DNA from: Chloropicon primus
Taxonomy: Eukaryota
Direction: 5' to 3'
Assembly: GCA_023205875.1 (NCBI GenBank)
Contig: CP060764.1
Span: forward strand, 1 to 64,000
Length of the DNA stretch: 64,000 nt
Positions 1 through 12,113 of this stretch are shown one piece after another. The position numbers and the translations under genes were made by a program. Each line of letters opens with the position of its first letter. The first letter of the stretch is position 1. The notes below the pieces were generated by a model. It was not told where the DNA came from, made no database searches, and saw only the letters and a program-made list of their open reading frames with translations.

Positions 1-308
1 AAAGGCCTAAAGCCTAAAAGCCTAAGCCTGGGCCTAAGCCTAAGGCCTAAAGGCCTGAGGCCTAAAGGCCTGGGCCTAGGCCTAAAGCCTAAGCCTAGGC
101 CTGGGCCTAAAACCTAAAACCTACCAAGGCCTAAGGCCTGGGCCTAAAGGCCTAAAACCTAAAACCTAAAACCTAAAACCTAAAACCTAAAACCTAAAAC
201 CTAAAACCTAAAACCTAAAACCTAAAACCTAAAACCTAAACCTAAACCTAAAACCTAAAACCTAAACATAACAACCTAACAGCCTAACAAACCTACAATC
301 CTAAACCT
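1..308. repeat. Telomeric tract, (CCTAAAA)n = TTTTAGG on the G strand; degenerate over 1-150 and 267-308
   Basis: Near-perfect CCTAAAA tandem array ~150-266 at the very start of the window, C-rich strand on +. Confidence 0.92.
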
Positions 309-801
309 AAGGAAGGACGACCTGGCCAAGGAAAGGAGCCGGAGAACAAAAGAAGCCTAAGAGAAAGACACCGTCGCATCATCCAACCTTTCCGTGGTGC
401 CTCCGAGTCACCGCGTTTCCTAAAGCCTTGGGAGTCCGAAAACCTAACGCCTAAAAGGCCCTCTCGTGGGTCCGAAGTGCCTTGAGTAGGGTTTACCCGA
501 GGAAGGAAGGAAGGACGACCTGGCCAAGGAAAGGAGCCGGAGAACAAAAGAAGCCTAAGAGAAAGACACCATTGCATCATCCAAGCTTTCCGTGGTGCCT
601 CCGAGTCACCGCATTTCCTAAAGCCTTGGGAGTCCCAAAACCTAACGCCTAAAAGGCCCTCTCGTGGGTCCGAAGTGCCTTGAGTAGGGTTTGCCCGAGG
701 AAGAAAGGAAGGAAGTCCTGGCCAAGGAAAGGAGCCGGAGAACAAAAGAAGCCTAGGAGAAAGACACCGCCGCATCATCCAACCTTTCCGTGGTGCCTCC
801 A
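309..801. repeat. Subtelomeric tandem repeat, 198-bp unit, ~2.5 copies
   Basis: CCTGGCCAAGGAAAGGAGCCGGAGAACAAAAG starts at 321, 519 and 717; units carry embedded AAAACCTAA/CCTAAAA motifs. Confidence 0.9.
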
Positions 802-1483
802 AGCCTAAACCGCATGTTTTCCTTCTGGTATAAGTTTTAAGTGTGATCTTGGTTTTAGTCGGCCATAAACCAGGTCGCATAAGACGACGGATTCCAGCAG
901 AAGAGTGGATCAGGGTAAGGTTTACGATTGAAACTCTTTATTGTCAGGTGCCCTAGATTGCACTCCACCCGGAACAAGTCTCTTCATCACGGACTCCATT
1001 CACACAACATCATCATCATCCATGGAGGGCTGTGGTTTGGGTTTTAGTGGTCCGACAGATGGACCTCTACAGGTTCAAGGACGACGGGAAGATACACCAT
1101 ATTACAAGAGTATCCAAATATAAAATACAAACGCCTTCTGACAAAGTTTAATAGCCATCGGACACGAACTGGATCCGTCACTACACTATTCGTACCAAAA
1201 AATAGGCCCCAAAATGGACAATAATGCAACAGAATCATATCATACACATCTACATTACACAATCAAGTCAGCATGAACCAAACCAAGAGGATCCAATCCA
1301 CGAACAACTACCCACAATCATCTCTACTTGCCTTCTCTCCTCTCCCACTCTCCTGCATTGCCCCAAGAACACCTCTCCTCTCCCACCCCTCGACGCCGGT
1401 GCCCGAACCCGAGCACATCATCTGGATTGAGAGATCTTGCTGGGGATCTTCGGTTTTTGTGGCTGTGAGATCATCGGGCGACG

Positions 1484-3458
1484 ATGGCGACGGTGGCGGT
1501 GAGGAAGCAGGGCGCCAGGCCCGCGCGAGGAGTCCAGAGGGCGGCCACTCGCCCTACCCGGTGCCCCAGGGCCTCTCGAGGGAGGCTCGCCGTGGTGGTG
1601 GCCAGCAAGGTCAAGGGCGAGGAGGACAAGGAGGCCGAGGACTCCTCGAGATCGAGGTCGAGGTCGAGGAAGTGGAACGTGAGTCGGTTCGCCAAGCAGC
1701 TTCTTTTCTTTAGGACGGGCGGCGTGGTCGGGGGGACCGTGAGGGTCGTCACCTTCCCCTTCCGCCTGGCGAAGAGAATGCTCGGCAGGGGGGCCTCCCC
1801 GTCGGCGGATGGCCTCGTGGAGGTCCTGCTGGACCACACGAGAACGAGAACCTCCGAGGAGGGGGAGGACCTCGTGGTGATGGTGGCGGGGGCGACGGGA
1901 GGGGTGGGCAAGCGCTGCGTGACCAAGCTGCTTTCCCTCGGCCGGAGGGTCAGGGTCCTGGTGAGGGACGCGGACAAGGCCAGGGAGCTCTTCAGGGGCG
2001 CCGGGGACCTGGCCGCACCGGGGGCCAAGCTGGAGCTCTGCGCGGCGGACATCACCCAGCCACAGACCCTGCAGCCCTCCATGTTCCAGGACGTGGGGAC
2101 CGTGATGTGTACCACGGCGTGCAAGGTCGCGCCCAAGGAGGGGGACACCGACAAGAGGGACAAGTACTACCAGGGCATCAAGTTCTTCGACCCCGAGATC
2201 GTGGGGGACACGCCGGAGGTCGTCGACTTTGAGGGCGTGAAGAACCTGGTGGACGCCTTCAAGGAGAAACGGCGTGAGCACCATGAGCAAGGAGAAGAGG
2301 TGGCTGGCCAAGAACAAGTCGGGCGGGGAGGGCGTGGACTTGCTTTCCCTCCCCCAGCTGGCTTGGGGGTCTCTGGACGACGTGGTGATGGGCGGCGTCA
2401 GCGAGAGCTCCATGGAGGCGTCCGGGGAGAACGTGGTGTTCAAGGGCATCGTGAGGACGGAGAACAACGGGGGGTTCGCGTCCATGAGGACGAGGAACGT
2501 GGACCCCGCGCTGGACCTCTCCGGGGAGGCTGGCATAACCCTCAGGGTGAGGGGGAACGGCATGAGATTCAAGTTTCTCGTGAGGACGGAGACCGGGTTC
2601 GATGCCGTGGCGTACGCGTCCTCCTTCGACACGAAAGACGGCGAGTGGCAGGAGATCGACCTGCCTTTCAAGGACTTCATTCCTGTGTTCCGGGCGAAGA
2701 CCGTGACTGGCGACGAGGCGAAGCCCCTCAACACCAAGAACATCGTCAGCATGCAGGTCATGCTGAGCAAGTTCGAGTACGACGGGGCCCTCAACCCGAG
2801 CTTCCGGGCTGGGGAGTTCGAGCTTCCCATCGCGGGCCTCAGAACGTACCGAGGCTCCGCCAGAGCGGGCGGCGAGGAAGAGGAGGAGGAGGAGGAGGAG
2901 GAGAGGCCTCGGTTTGTGTACGTCAGCAGCGCGGGGGTCACGCGTCCCAACAGGCCGGGCATCGACGTGGAGGTCGAGCCGCCCGCCGTGAAGCTGAACG
3001 ACGCCCTCGGCGGCATCTTGACCTACAAGCTCAAGGGGGAGGACTACATCCGGGAGAGCGGGCTGAGCTACTGCGTGGTCAGGCCGTGCGCCCTGACGGA
3101 GGAGCCGGAGGGCGCAGAGATCGTCGTGGAGCAAGGGGACACGATCAGGGGCAAGATCAGCAGGGAGGACGTCGCGTCTCTGATGTGCTCCATGGTGCTG
3201 GAGAAGTTTGACCAGGTCAAGGACGTGACGTTCGAGGTCACTTCCACCCAGCCCTTCAGCGAGCCTTACGTGCAGGGGGAGGGGCACCAGCCCAGGACGG
3301 GGTCGGACTGGAAGGCGATTCTGGACAAGGCAAACGTGAGGAGAGGCGTTACGGGCAAGACCATCAATGGCAAGTACACGGGAAACGTGCCGGAACAAGA
3401 GACCCTCGCCGGGACTGGGGCGGAAAGGCCCCTCACGGACGCCTGGTACTCGTGGTGA
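1484..3458 (+). CDS. Plastid NAD(P)-binding Rossmann-fold protein with inserted CIA30 domain (UOS1/At4g18810-like); frame break near 2270
   Basis: Frame 1: VMVAGATGGVGKR, KEGDTDKRDKYYQGIKFFDPEI. Frame 2: WGSLDDVVMGGVSES, ENNGGFAS, LSKFEYDGALNPSF, YVSSAGVTRP, VRPCALTEEP. Confidence 0.85.
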
Positions 3459-3467
3459 GAAGCTAAT

Positions 3468-4210
3468 TCATTTTTTTTCCTTTTCAAGCGAGTCGTCGTC
3501 GTCGGTTGTCGCGCGTTTTATCGTGTCTTCTTCGCTCCGCCGAGGCCCCGCCGCCGTGGCGTGCTGGTGGTACACCTTCCCCATTTCCCTGTAGTCCACT
3601 GTGAGCTCGGTTCCCTGGCGGATCGTGTCCTTGGCCACGTAAGTGTTGAAGCCGTTCTCCTCCGCGCACTCGACGAATTGGATGTTGGGCCTATCGCTGT
3701 GGTTCAAGTACCAGGAGACATCCAGGGTATTTGTTCCCGTGGCGTTCACTCCGTAGAGCAGGTCCCCCGATGCCGTCGTGGCCTCCCTCTCCATTCCAGT
3801 TCGGTTGCACTCCTCGGTGAGAGGGGCGAAGAAGCTCTTGATGAGTTCGAGCACTGCGGTCGACCCCGCCCTCCTGGAGACCTCCCGCACCTCCGTCTCA
3901 GTGAGCGTCACCATGGTTTCCCTCCTGAGGAGTCCCTCGTTGCAGGACGTGAATGGATTGGTCCCCTTGGGTATGTCCCTGATGGCGATGACACCCACCC
4001 CCTCGATGTCGCTCACCCCGAGCTTCACGTACACCTCCGAGCCCAGCCACCTCACCAGTTCCCTCTTCCATACTGCAGAACAACAAGAAGAAGAACAACA
4101 AGAAGAAGAATCCTTGTCCTTTGGTGACGCAGATGGTGAAGCAGATGGTGCTGTGGTGCTGGGTTTGTTTTTTCCTGGGGGTTCCGTTGAGCCCAGGAGG
4201 GGTGTTGTAG
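3468..4210 (-). pseudogene. SET-domain protein, 5'-truncated by element copy 1 (no ATG before the domain)
   Basis: SDIEGVGVIAIRDIPKG, YLNHSDRPN, IRQGTELTVDY. The frame is open back to the element end (TGA at 4223-4221) with no ATG upstream of the SET motifs. Confidence 0.75.
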
Positions 4211-4488
4211 TGTTCAGACATCAGATCAAAACAGCACACAGAAAAGTCACGAAAGGACGGTAGGGAAATCACAGTCAATACTGGAAGCACAAAGGCAAGT
4301 TCTCCTTTCCACTGAAGAGGCCGGCCCCTACTTACCTGTTAGTTTTCTGCAAAGGTCGTTTCACCGAGTTTGTAAGTTTCTCGGCAGGGTAATTCAGCCC
4401 TACCACGACCATTCCACCGTACATGAACGAATACTTCCGCCCACGCACGGCAGCCCGTACTAACAAACGTATGTGCAACCCTGAGGAG
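4190..4488 (-). ncRNA. Candidate omegaRNA, copy 1: scaffold 4488-4211 plus flank-derived guide (CUACAACACCCCUCCUGGGC)
   Basis: Non-coding right end conserved with copy 2, with stem-loops; position matches TnpB/Fanzor loci. Exact RNA ends unknown. Confidence 0.65.
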
Positions 4489-6066
4489 TTACACACTTTT
4501 TGGTTGACGCAAGTGCTTCAGGAGGACGTTGCGTGCCCCGTTCACATCCCGACCGCACTTGAAGCCACACTTCTGGCACTTGTACACCTCTGCTCCACCC
4601 AGGTTCTTCTTGATGTGTCCGCACCTGCCACAGGTCTTGGAGGTGTACTCCTCCGTCACGATCGCCAGCTCACTGCCGTGCAAGAGCACCTTGGAAGCCA
4701 AGAACGTTCTGAACGCATAGTGCCTCAACGTCAAGAGCGTGCGAGCCGTCTTCTTCCTGATCACTCGGCGTCTCCCGTTGTTGTTCTTCTTCACCATGTC
4801 TTGGGACTTGAACTCCGGGAGGAGGATTGTGTCGAACCTCCTGCATAGATCGTTGGCTACCTTTTTGTGAAGCTCGTTCGTCAGACCTCGAAGTTTCTCC
4901 ATGCAGGCGTATTGCTGTCTCTTCAAGTCGCGGCGGTCGAGGTAAGGGAGCTTCACCTTGGGATCTTCGCGCTCGGAAATGATCTCATCAATCCTCCGGC
5001 AGAGGTGGAACAGCCTCGCGAAGCCTCGCTCGCCCGTGGCATACTCCCCGACGCCTTCTTGCGGCGAGTACGACGTCTGAAAGGTCCTGACTCCCGGATC
5101 CAGGGCGACAACCTTCCGCTTGTTCTCAGGCTTCAGGGGTGGCAGGCGATCCCATGGCGTCGCGATGGGAATGTGCATGTGGAACTGCCCAAGGCGATTT
5201 CTTGTGATCTTCACGGCACCCTCGATCTTGCCCCCGGGGATCTCCTCCGTCAAGTACAGGGGCCCGCCGGCCATCTTCTTCTTGAACACCTCCAGCTTGG
5301 TCCACTTGCGTCGTTTGTTGTGCTTGGTGTCATCCTTGTGCCTCGTGTTTGGCCTTTCGATCGTCTCCACGTTCTTTAACTCTCTTGCATCAATTTCAAT
5401 GGTCCAAGAACTCGGTTGCTGACGTTGACGATACTTGAGAACGAAGCGGTGCCCCTTCTCCTCGCCGCGCTCCTTCATCGCTTCCTGCTTCGCGATGTTC
5501 GAATCCCATGCCTTGATGAGACTTCGCACGGCAGCTTGTCTGATGGCACAGGGGGTATCCTTCAGCCAAGGATGCTTCTGATTTACAAAGGCCCCGCTAA
5601 CGTAGTCCCGGTCCTTGGCCACTTCGGTGCGAAAAGCTCTGCCTCCAATTTGGCTCTCGAGTCTCTTCTCTCTGGCCGCGAAAAGCTCTGCCTCCTGTTT
5701 TGTCCATGGCCGTGGAGAGCATTGGATTTCTTTCAGCTCTTTCTTCAGGCCCTCAAAGACCTCAGGGCCTCGAGGTTTGGCCGTCACAAATCTGTCCAGC
5801 AGGACGGTCCAAACCAGCGGAAAACGCTCCTTCTTGACCGCCTCCAAACACTTGTTGTATGTGAAACGCGCAGCTCCCATCCAGTTGCAAAGGCACTTCG
5901 CCTGCTCAGGGTTCAAGCGCATCCTCAGCTTCCTCGTCCGTATCACCGTTCGCTCCGACAATACCTTGGAGGTCTTCAGTTTCTGCCCCTCTTCCTTTTG
6001 GCGGGCGGCTGCAATGTCTCGACGGATACCACAAGATCTTCTGGAAGGTTCAAGCACGACCTCCAT
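4489..6066 (-). CDS. Fanzor2/TnpB-like RNA-guided RuvC endonuclease (first ATG 6066; GTG at 6081)
   Basis: N-terminal RTRKLRMRLNPEQ..WMGAARFTYN; RuvC-I ALDPGVRTF; VTEEYTSKTC; Zn finger CGRC..CQKC; RuvC-III RDVNGARN. Confidence 0.93.
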   Translation of the reverse strand: MEVVLEPSRRSCGIRRDIAAARQKEEGQKLKTSKVLSERTVIRTRKLRMRLNPEQAKCLCNWMGAARFTYNKCLEAVKKERFPLVWTVLLDRFVTAKPRGPEVFEGLKKELKEIQCSPRPWTKQEAELFAAREKRLESQIGGRAFRTEVAKDRDYVSGAFVNQKHPWLKDTPCAIRQAAVRSLIKAWDSNIAKQEAMKERGEEKGHRFVLKYRQRQQPSSWTIEIDARELKNVETIERPNTRHKDDTKHNKRRKWTKLEVFKKKMAGGPLYLTEEIPGGKIEGAVKITRNRLGQFHMHIPIATPWDRLPPLKPENKRKVVALDPGVRTFQTSYSPQEGVGEYATGERGFARLFHLCRRIDEIISEREDPKVKLPYLDRRDLKRQQYACMEKLRGLTNELHKKVANDLCRRFDTILLPEFKSQDMVKKNNNGRRRVIRKKTARTLLTLRHYAFRTFLASKVLLHGSELAIVTEEYTSKTCGRCGHIKKNLGGAEVYKCQKCGFKCGRDVNGARNVLLKHLRQPKSV

Positions 6067-6649
6067 CCCGTCTTCGGACACTTTACCTCTTCAAGTTCTC
6101 TCTTCATCGATGAGAACCAGGTCTTCTTCACGCTGTCGCCCGCCAAGCCACCCGGCTGCTTCCTGCTTTCTTCCCCTCTTGTTCTTCTTCTTCTTACCCT
6201 TCTTCTTGTTCTTCTTCTTGCCCTTCTTGCGAGGCTTCTTGCGAGGCTTGCCTGACGAGCTCGAACTCTCACCGCAGAGGAAGCCGCCTCCGGCGGCTTC
6301 CCTTACCCGCTTCCCCCGCTTCTTGCGAGGCGTGCTCGAACCCTCCTCGAAAGCAGAGGCGGGGTCGTCCAGCAGCTTCTCCTTCCGCCCCCCGCTTCTT
6401 GCGAGGCGTGCTCGAACCCTCACCCGCAGAGGCGGGGTCGTCCGCGATAGGAAGCATGCACTTCTCGTAGAGCCACTTCAACGCCTGATTCCAGAACCGA
6501 CGTAACGGCCGCTCCGTCGTCGGAGACTCCTGCCCCGACTTCGAAGCGCCCTGAGCATGACTCTCGCCAGAGTGCGACCTCCTTGTGGAACTCGTCGAGC
6601 CACTCCCCTGCTTCTCCTTTTTCTTACGGCGCTTCCCTGATCGCGCCAT
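5976..6649 (-). pseudogene. Frameshifted copy of the element's Lys/Arg-rich ORF1
   Basis: Same MARSGKRRKKK start and PAKRKRGRN end as 24696-25376, but split over three frames by small indels near 6390 and 6170. Confidence 0.6.
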
Positions 6650-7021
6650 GACGGTTATTAGGGTTTCACTCGCTGCCCTCCTCGTAACTCCTCGTAACTA
6701 TAGATTTGCCTTGTCCAGCAAGTGAGAACACGAAAAAAACATTTTGTGGGTTGTCCTTTGGGTGTGACCAAACTGGTATACACTGGAATCCCACCAACAG
6801 GGGAAAACCTCCAACAAGGGGAACGAACGAACACAAGAACACCAGACGACGACGACGACGACGACGACGAGGAGGAGGACGAGGACGAGGACGAGGAGGA
6901 CAACAAGAACATACAACCGGACTGGAGGATAACACACACACACACACACACACACACCACATAGAGATAGATAGATAGATAGAACAACGAGGAGTTTTGT
7001 GTGTTTGTGTGTTGATGGAAC

Positions 7022-7426
7022 ATGATGTTGGGTCAGGAAAGGTTGAGACTCAAGCATGAGAAGAAGACGGAGGCGAGGATAAACACAAACACAACGCAAC
7101 AAAACAAACATCACCAACAACAACAGCAACAGGAACAACATCACCAACAACAGCATCAGCATCAGCAACAGCATCAGCAACAGCAGGAGCATCCTCCTTG
7201 TGGGTACGAGCCCGAGGACGAGAGCCTGGACCGGGAGGAGCGTCTCCTTCGGTCGTTCGACCTGAACTCGCGGTTCGGTCCATGCACGGGGTTGTCCAGG
7301 ATGGAGAGGTGGGAGAGGGCCAAGGGACTCGGACTCGAACCACCGGAGGAGGTCAAGAGTACCATACTCGGACTGCTGGAGGGGGGGAAGAGGGGGAGCA
7401 AGGGCCTGTGGGAGGGAAGGGTCTGA
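7022..7426 (+). CDS. POLD4: DNA polymerase delta subunit 4 (p12/Cdm1-like)
   Basis: LLRSFDLNSRFGPCTGLSRMERWERAKGLGLEPPEEV; start codon uncertain. Confidence 0.85.
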   Translation: MMLGQERLRLKHEKKTEARINTNTTQQNKHHQQQQQQEQHHQQQHQHQQQHQQQQEHPPCGYEPEDESLDREERLLRSFDLNSRFGPCTGLSRMERWERAKGLGLEPPEEVKSTILGLLEGGKRGSKGLWEGRV

Positions 7427-7743
7427 CTGAACGGATGGACTGGGACACCACGCACCGCACGCGTCACTTGATGGACTTGAGGGAGGCTTGGAGACCTGCG
7501 CAATGCCTCGAGGGCGTCTCGTTGGATTGCTAACAAGCACGAGGTTTTTGGAATAATGTTTTTGTTAAAAAATCACTTATGTCGTTGTTGTCTCGTCAAC
7601 CTAGCGTAACGCCCTTGCTGGGTATCGAGCCAGCAGTAATTTAGTCGTCGTCGGTCGCTCGGTCCTCTCCTTCTACTATTGTACAGTGTCACTTGCTTGG
7701 TGTCCCTCTCCTGTTGTTTGTCATCGATTCGATCGGCCGTCGC

Positions 7744-9375
7744 TCACGCCACGGTCCTCCCCAGCACCGCTTGCGCCCCCCGCGAAGCGGCTTGCGCTGC
7801 CTTGAGGGGTCTGGTGCAGTATATGGAGGCCAAGGCGACCGACATGAGGGTCAAGGCGCCCGCTTGGTGGGCGCTGCCCAGGTGAACGGGCACGTAATTC
7901 AGCAAAGTCGTGATCCCGAGGCCCACCTGGCACCAGGCCATCCCGCAGAGAACTTTGAGCAAGGTCGCCGAGTGGTTCGGCAAAGGGCTTCTCCTGTGGA
8001 TCAGGAAGAGCGAGGTGGACGCCAGGAGGGTGGTCACCGCGAGGACGCGGTGGTGGAACTGCACGGCGCACGTGTTCTCGAACGTGTTCGCGAGAATCCT
8101 GGAAACTCGGTCGGCCGGGTCAAGGCCAGCCCAGTCGCCCCAGTCGCCCCCCTCGTGCCCCCAGTAGTCCGTGGGAAAGACCCTCCCGGGGTCTCCCATC
8201 AGAGGGAACGTGTTGTAGGCGTGTCCCGCGTCAAGGCCCGCGACGAAGGCGCCGCTGACGGCCGTGAGGGAGACCAGAACGGCGTACAGACCCAAGTGCC
8301 TCCCGAGCCTCCTTCCTCCCGAGATGACCCCGGAGCCCGCCGCGTGGAGCTCCTGGGCCAGCTGCATGGGGGTCTTCGGCATGAGGACTGAGAGGGTCGT
8401 CCACAGAAGCCCGGAGTAGATGACAAAGGCCGAGGTGAGGTGGGCCGCGAGCCTGTAGGGCGAGACCCTGGGCACGTCGTACTGGTACTCCGTGGGTTCC
8501 TTCAGCCCGCTCTTGACCATCCACCAACCCACCAGACCCTGGCCGCCCCCCATGAGCATCAGGAGCCCAAGCCTCCTGGTGAGCGGGGCCGAGAGCTTCC
8601 GCGTTGCAGCAAAGTACGCGAACGGCAGGCCGAACACGAGTCCGAGCACCCTCCCCCACATCCTGTGCCCGTACTCCATCCAATAGATGAACTTGAACTC
8701 CTCGAGGGACATGCCCAAGTTCACCTTCTTGAACTCCGGACTCTGCTTGTACTTTGCGAATTCCTTGACCCAGTCCTCGTGATTGAGCGGCGGCCTCTCC
8801 CCAGCGAACTTCCACTCCGTCATGCTCAAGCCACTCCGCGTGAGCCTCGTGATCCCGCCGAGGACCACCATGGAGAACACCCAAGCGCTGCAGAGACCGA
8901 GCCAACCCCCAACCCACTTCCTGCTCGTGGAGCTCATCCCGCGCGTCAAGCCGCTCTCGACACTCGCCTCGCTCATTGTCCCGAACGACCGCCGCCAAGG
9001 ATGCCAACCAGGACGAGGATGAGGACGAGGACTCAACCTCAACGCGTTCGCCGGCAACCCCTTCCCCTTCGAGGATGAGGATGAGGACGCCTTGGTCAAG
9101 GAGAAGAATCCTCGCGTCCACTTGGGCGCCGCTCGAGCGCTCGATGCCGCGGACGGTCCCCCGCATTGCCTCAGTCCAAGGGACACACCCCTCCTGCGGT
9201 TGGCGTGTTCGGTCGCCATCCTCCGTGCCAAAGTCGTCGTCCTCGGTGCCGTCTTCGCCATGAAGGGAAGGGAGGGGAGTAAGGTTACCTTGGCCTGCGT
9301 CCCCTCGGCCCTCCCCATCCCCAGGACGCCCCGCCGCAAAACCTGCGACACGAGGGCCGTCACCGCCATCGCCAT
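7744..9375 (-). CDS. COX15: Heme A synthase
   Basis: LGGITRLTRSGLSMTEW, WMEYGHRMWGR, GWWMVKSGL, PRVSPYRLAAHL, GAFVAGLDAG, HQAGAL. Confidence 0.96.
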   Translation of the reverse strand: MAMAVTALVSQVLRRGVLGMGRAEGTQAKVTLLPSLPFMAKTAPRTTTLARRMATEHANRRRGVSLGLRQCGGPSAASSARAAPKWTRGFFSLTKASSSSSSKGKGLPANALRLSPRPHPRPGWHPWRRSFGTMSEASVESGLTRGMSSTSRKWVGGWLGLCSAWVFSMVVLGGITRLTRSGLSMTEWKFAGERPPLNHEDWVKEFAKYKQSPEFKKVNLGMSLEEFKFIYWMEYGHRMWGRVLGLVFGLPFAYFAATRKLSAPLTRRLGLLMLMGGGQGLVGWWMVKSGLKEPTEYQYDVPRVSPYRLAAHLTSAFVIYSGLLWTTLSVLMPKTPMQLAQELHAAGSGVISGGRRLGRHLGLYAVLVSLTAVSGAFVAGLDAGHAYNTFPLMGDPGRVFPTDYWGHEGGDWGDWAGLDPADRVSRILANTFENTCAVQFHHRVLAVTTLLASTSLFLIHRRSPLPNHSATLLKVLCGMAWCQVGLGITTLLNYVPVHLGSAHQAGALTLMSVALASIYCTRPLKAAQAASRGAQAVLGRTVA

Positions 9376-9702
9376 GATCTCCTCTCTCAGTTGACGTCAC
9401 CGCTGCAGGATGATGGCGAGGGCGATGACGAGGGCGATGGCGTTGGGGGAGAGAGAGGGGTGGGGACGATAGGAAGCGCTTGGAATGCAGGACACGGAGA
9501 TTGATCTTCATCACATGTCTCTCCATCGGGAACAAGGGCAACACTTCTTGCTGGCGACGGGCGCGAGGGTAACGCTCCTGGGCAGCAATACGATAGGATA
9601 GGGAGGGAGGTGATCGGCAAAGCAAAGTGTGTTCTTGGATTCAAAATCTAGTGACGAGGGGTTACTCTTCCTCTCGAAAATCGAACGGCGTGCGTGCGTT
9701 GT

Positions 9703-10389
9703 TCAGACGACGGGCATGCCGGCCTTCACCCAGCCCTTGATGCCGGGCTCCAGGTTCATCACGTTCTCGTAACCCATGAAGAGGAGGGTGTTGGCCACGT
9801 CTGCACTCCTCCTTCCGCTGTTGCAGTAGACGAGGACCGGGGCCTCCTTGTCCTTCGGGAGCTCGCCGTCCCTGTTGGGCAACTCGTTTGACGTGATCCG
9901 CACGGCGCCCTCGATGTGGCCCTTGTTGAACTCCTCCTCAGACCTGAGACCCCGAGAAGAGAGAGGGAGAGAGACACACACACAGACAGAGAGAGAGAGA
10001 GAGAGAGAGAGAGGACAAGGCGGCGAGGTGTCAGGAGTCGTCATGCATCGTGCTTGTGGCTGGCAGGCGGGAAGAAGAACGTGGATCAGGACGGGGGACA
10101 CTCCTCGTCGCCCAGGACCCGCCTCAGGGAAAGAAAGGCCAAGGTTAGGTTCCCTTCCACGAGGGAGGGAGGAGGCGAAGGAAGGGGAGACTCACCTGAC
10201 GTCCAGGACGAAGGCATCGGGCTCCTGCATGGTCTCGTTGAAGATCGTGACGTTGACGTTCTTCACCTCGTGGATTGCATCATCGTCGTGAGAGTGCTCG
10301 TGGTTCTCCTCGGCAGCGGTCAAGGTCAAAGATCCCGCCGCGACCAAACCGACGAGCAGGACAATCGCAAAAACGTTTCTCCTCACCAT
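9703..10389 (-). CDS. Single-domain rhodanese with signal peptide; exons 10389-10196 and 9943-9703
   Basis: VLDVR|SEEEFNKGHIEGA, VYCNSGRRS, NLEPGIKGW; the GT-AG intron restores the frame. Confidence 0.88.
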
Positions 10390-10977
10390 CGCGTACTCTC
10401 CCTTCCTCTGCGCTTTGCTTTGCTTTACGTTTGCGTTCCGGTGTTGCGTTCCTCGAAGGCTCAGGCGTTACGTCACCTCTAGGGTTATTTTTTCTGGCGG
10501 TGGCGTTGGAGCCGCCAGGAGCCAGGAGCTTGGAGACATGAGGAGGACCAACCCAACCCCGGGGAGGAAAGGATGGTGGGACACGGGAGGCAGAATTGGG
10601 TCAGACGGCGGCGCACCAGAGGAAGTGGCAATCCGCATTGTTCAACAACAATCAGAATAGAACACGGGTGTTTCAGGAAGGTTGGGCTCCTCCCGAGGGA
10701 GTCTAGCGGTGTGTTTGAAGGCTTCTGCTTCGTGGTTTGAAGTTGTGGTCAATCGCGTTGCACCTTTAGGTGCTTCAGATACTTGTGGGGTGCTTCAAGA
10801 CACAGTTGCACCAGAACAAGAGTCCATCAGCAACTCCAGGAGGAGATTATCTTTAGCAGGAAAAAGTCTTGGTGATGGATGTTTAGAGTCTAATGTGGAA
10901 ACACTTGGCTTGGCTTGGCTTGGCGTGGGTGGAGGGCTCCGCTCCACTCTGTAATCTTGTTGTCTTGAGCTTTGGGT

Positions 10978-11709
10978 TCATTGCTGGGCGCATTCCGGGA
11001 ACACCTTGGTGTCAGGGTCGACGTCCGGCACCGAGGACATGCGATCGCACCCGAGTCCCGCGACCACCTGGAGGACTGCGAGGACAGTACGGTAAGAGGT
11101 AAGGTTTTCGGGTCAATCCAAAGCGCCTTTCGTGCCGTGCGTGTTTGCGTGTGCTCACTTACCTTGGGAGAGGAACGCCTCGTGATCGGGGCCGAGGATC
11201 CTCTCGGTGGCGTTGGTCTCGCAGAGGCAGCCCCCGCGCCAGCCGTTGGGGCCGTAAGACGCGATGAGCGGGGGGAGGGAGTCGCAGCAGGGTTCCGTGA
11301 TAGTCCCCTCGCAGCAGGGTCCGAGGGCCTCCTTGATCTCCGGGATGCTCTCCGAGGCGTTGGCGGCGTCGCCGCCCTTGTTGACCCAGCCGGCCACCGC
11401 GACGATCTCCGCCAGGCAGTTGGCGCCCAAAATGGGTGCGACGATGCCCTGGCACTCCGAGTCGAAGCCGGAGCAGGGGAGAAGCTTCTGCAGTCCTTCC
11501 ACGACGTCCGTGTCGTCAGGGGCCGCTTGGACCTGCTGGAGGGTATCCACGAGCCCCTGGACCCCTTGCTTCTCGTAATCCTTGATCAACTTGTCGCACT
11601 CCTTGGGCGGGTTGGCGCCTGCGTCCTGCGCCGCGGCCACGGTCGCCATCGCGGCGAACACAACCGAAACAACAACCGCCATCGTCCTCGTCCTCGTCCC
11701 GGTCCTCAT
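10978..11709 (-). CDS. Secreted Cys-rich protein, paralog A (2 exons)
   Basis: Signal peptide, PCC..PCC..GCLC pattern, GTAAGT donor after FLSQ, exon 2 VLQVVAGLGC..PECAQQ*. Confidence 0.75.
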
Positions 11710-12113
11710 TCTCCCTTTGTCGGTCGTCGTCGTGTGTCGCCCTGGTTCGTGCCAAAGTGAAAGCGTTACGTTACTCCTCTCGCCCAATCAGATTTTGGTT
11801 CGTCGTCTAACGCCTCGCCTCGCTCCTGTTGTCCATCGAGTGAGGGGACCGAAGCGATGAGCTATGGAAACGGAAACCTTGCACTCACTCCATCACTCCT
11901 GGGGCTCTGGCTCCTTCCATGACGATGGAGGCCCAGGATGCTAGTGGGTTGTTGTCTCTGTCTCTCTCCTTGGAAGGGGAAGGAAAAAAAGTCTTGATGC
12001 ATGACATGGTGGACCACACTTGGCTTGGGGTGGTTAACTTGGCTTGGCTTGGCTTGGCTTGGCTTGGCTTGGGGTGGAGGGCTCCTCCCTCCCTCGCGAT
12101 GGGAGGTTCACTG

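Larger units (their letters stand above)
4210..6816 (-). mobile_element. Fanzor-encoding element, copy 1 (non-autonomous, IS607/Fanzor2-like)
   Basis: Reverse-complement homology to 24530-27151 with sharp ends (TGTTGGAGGTTTTCCCC ... GATGTCTGAACAC) and unrelated flanks. Confidence 0.93.

Noticed and set aside
1..150. Variant GGCCT-containing telomere repeats as a novel telomere type
   Set aside because: Irregular and distal to the clean array; more likely base-calling or consensus noise at the contig end.
293..880. 195-aa ORF on the minus strand
   Set aside because: By-product of the 198-bp (3n) subtelomeric repeat; no recognisable protein motif.
6698..7540. Minus-strand ORF as the missing 5' half of the SET gene
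   Set aside because: Frame-compatible under the TGTTGG^C model, but it is antisense to POLD4 and runs through GT/GTC microsatellites; the ATG at 24529 is the more plausible start.
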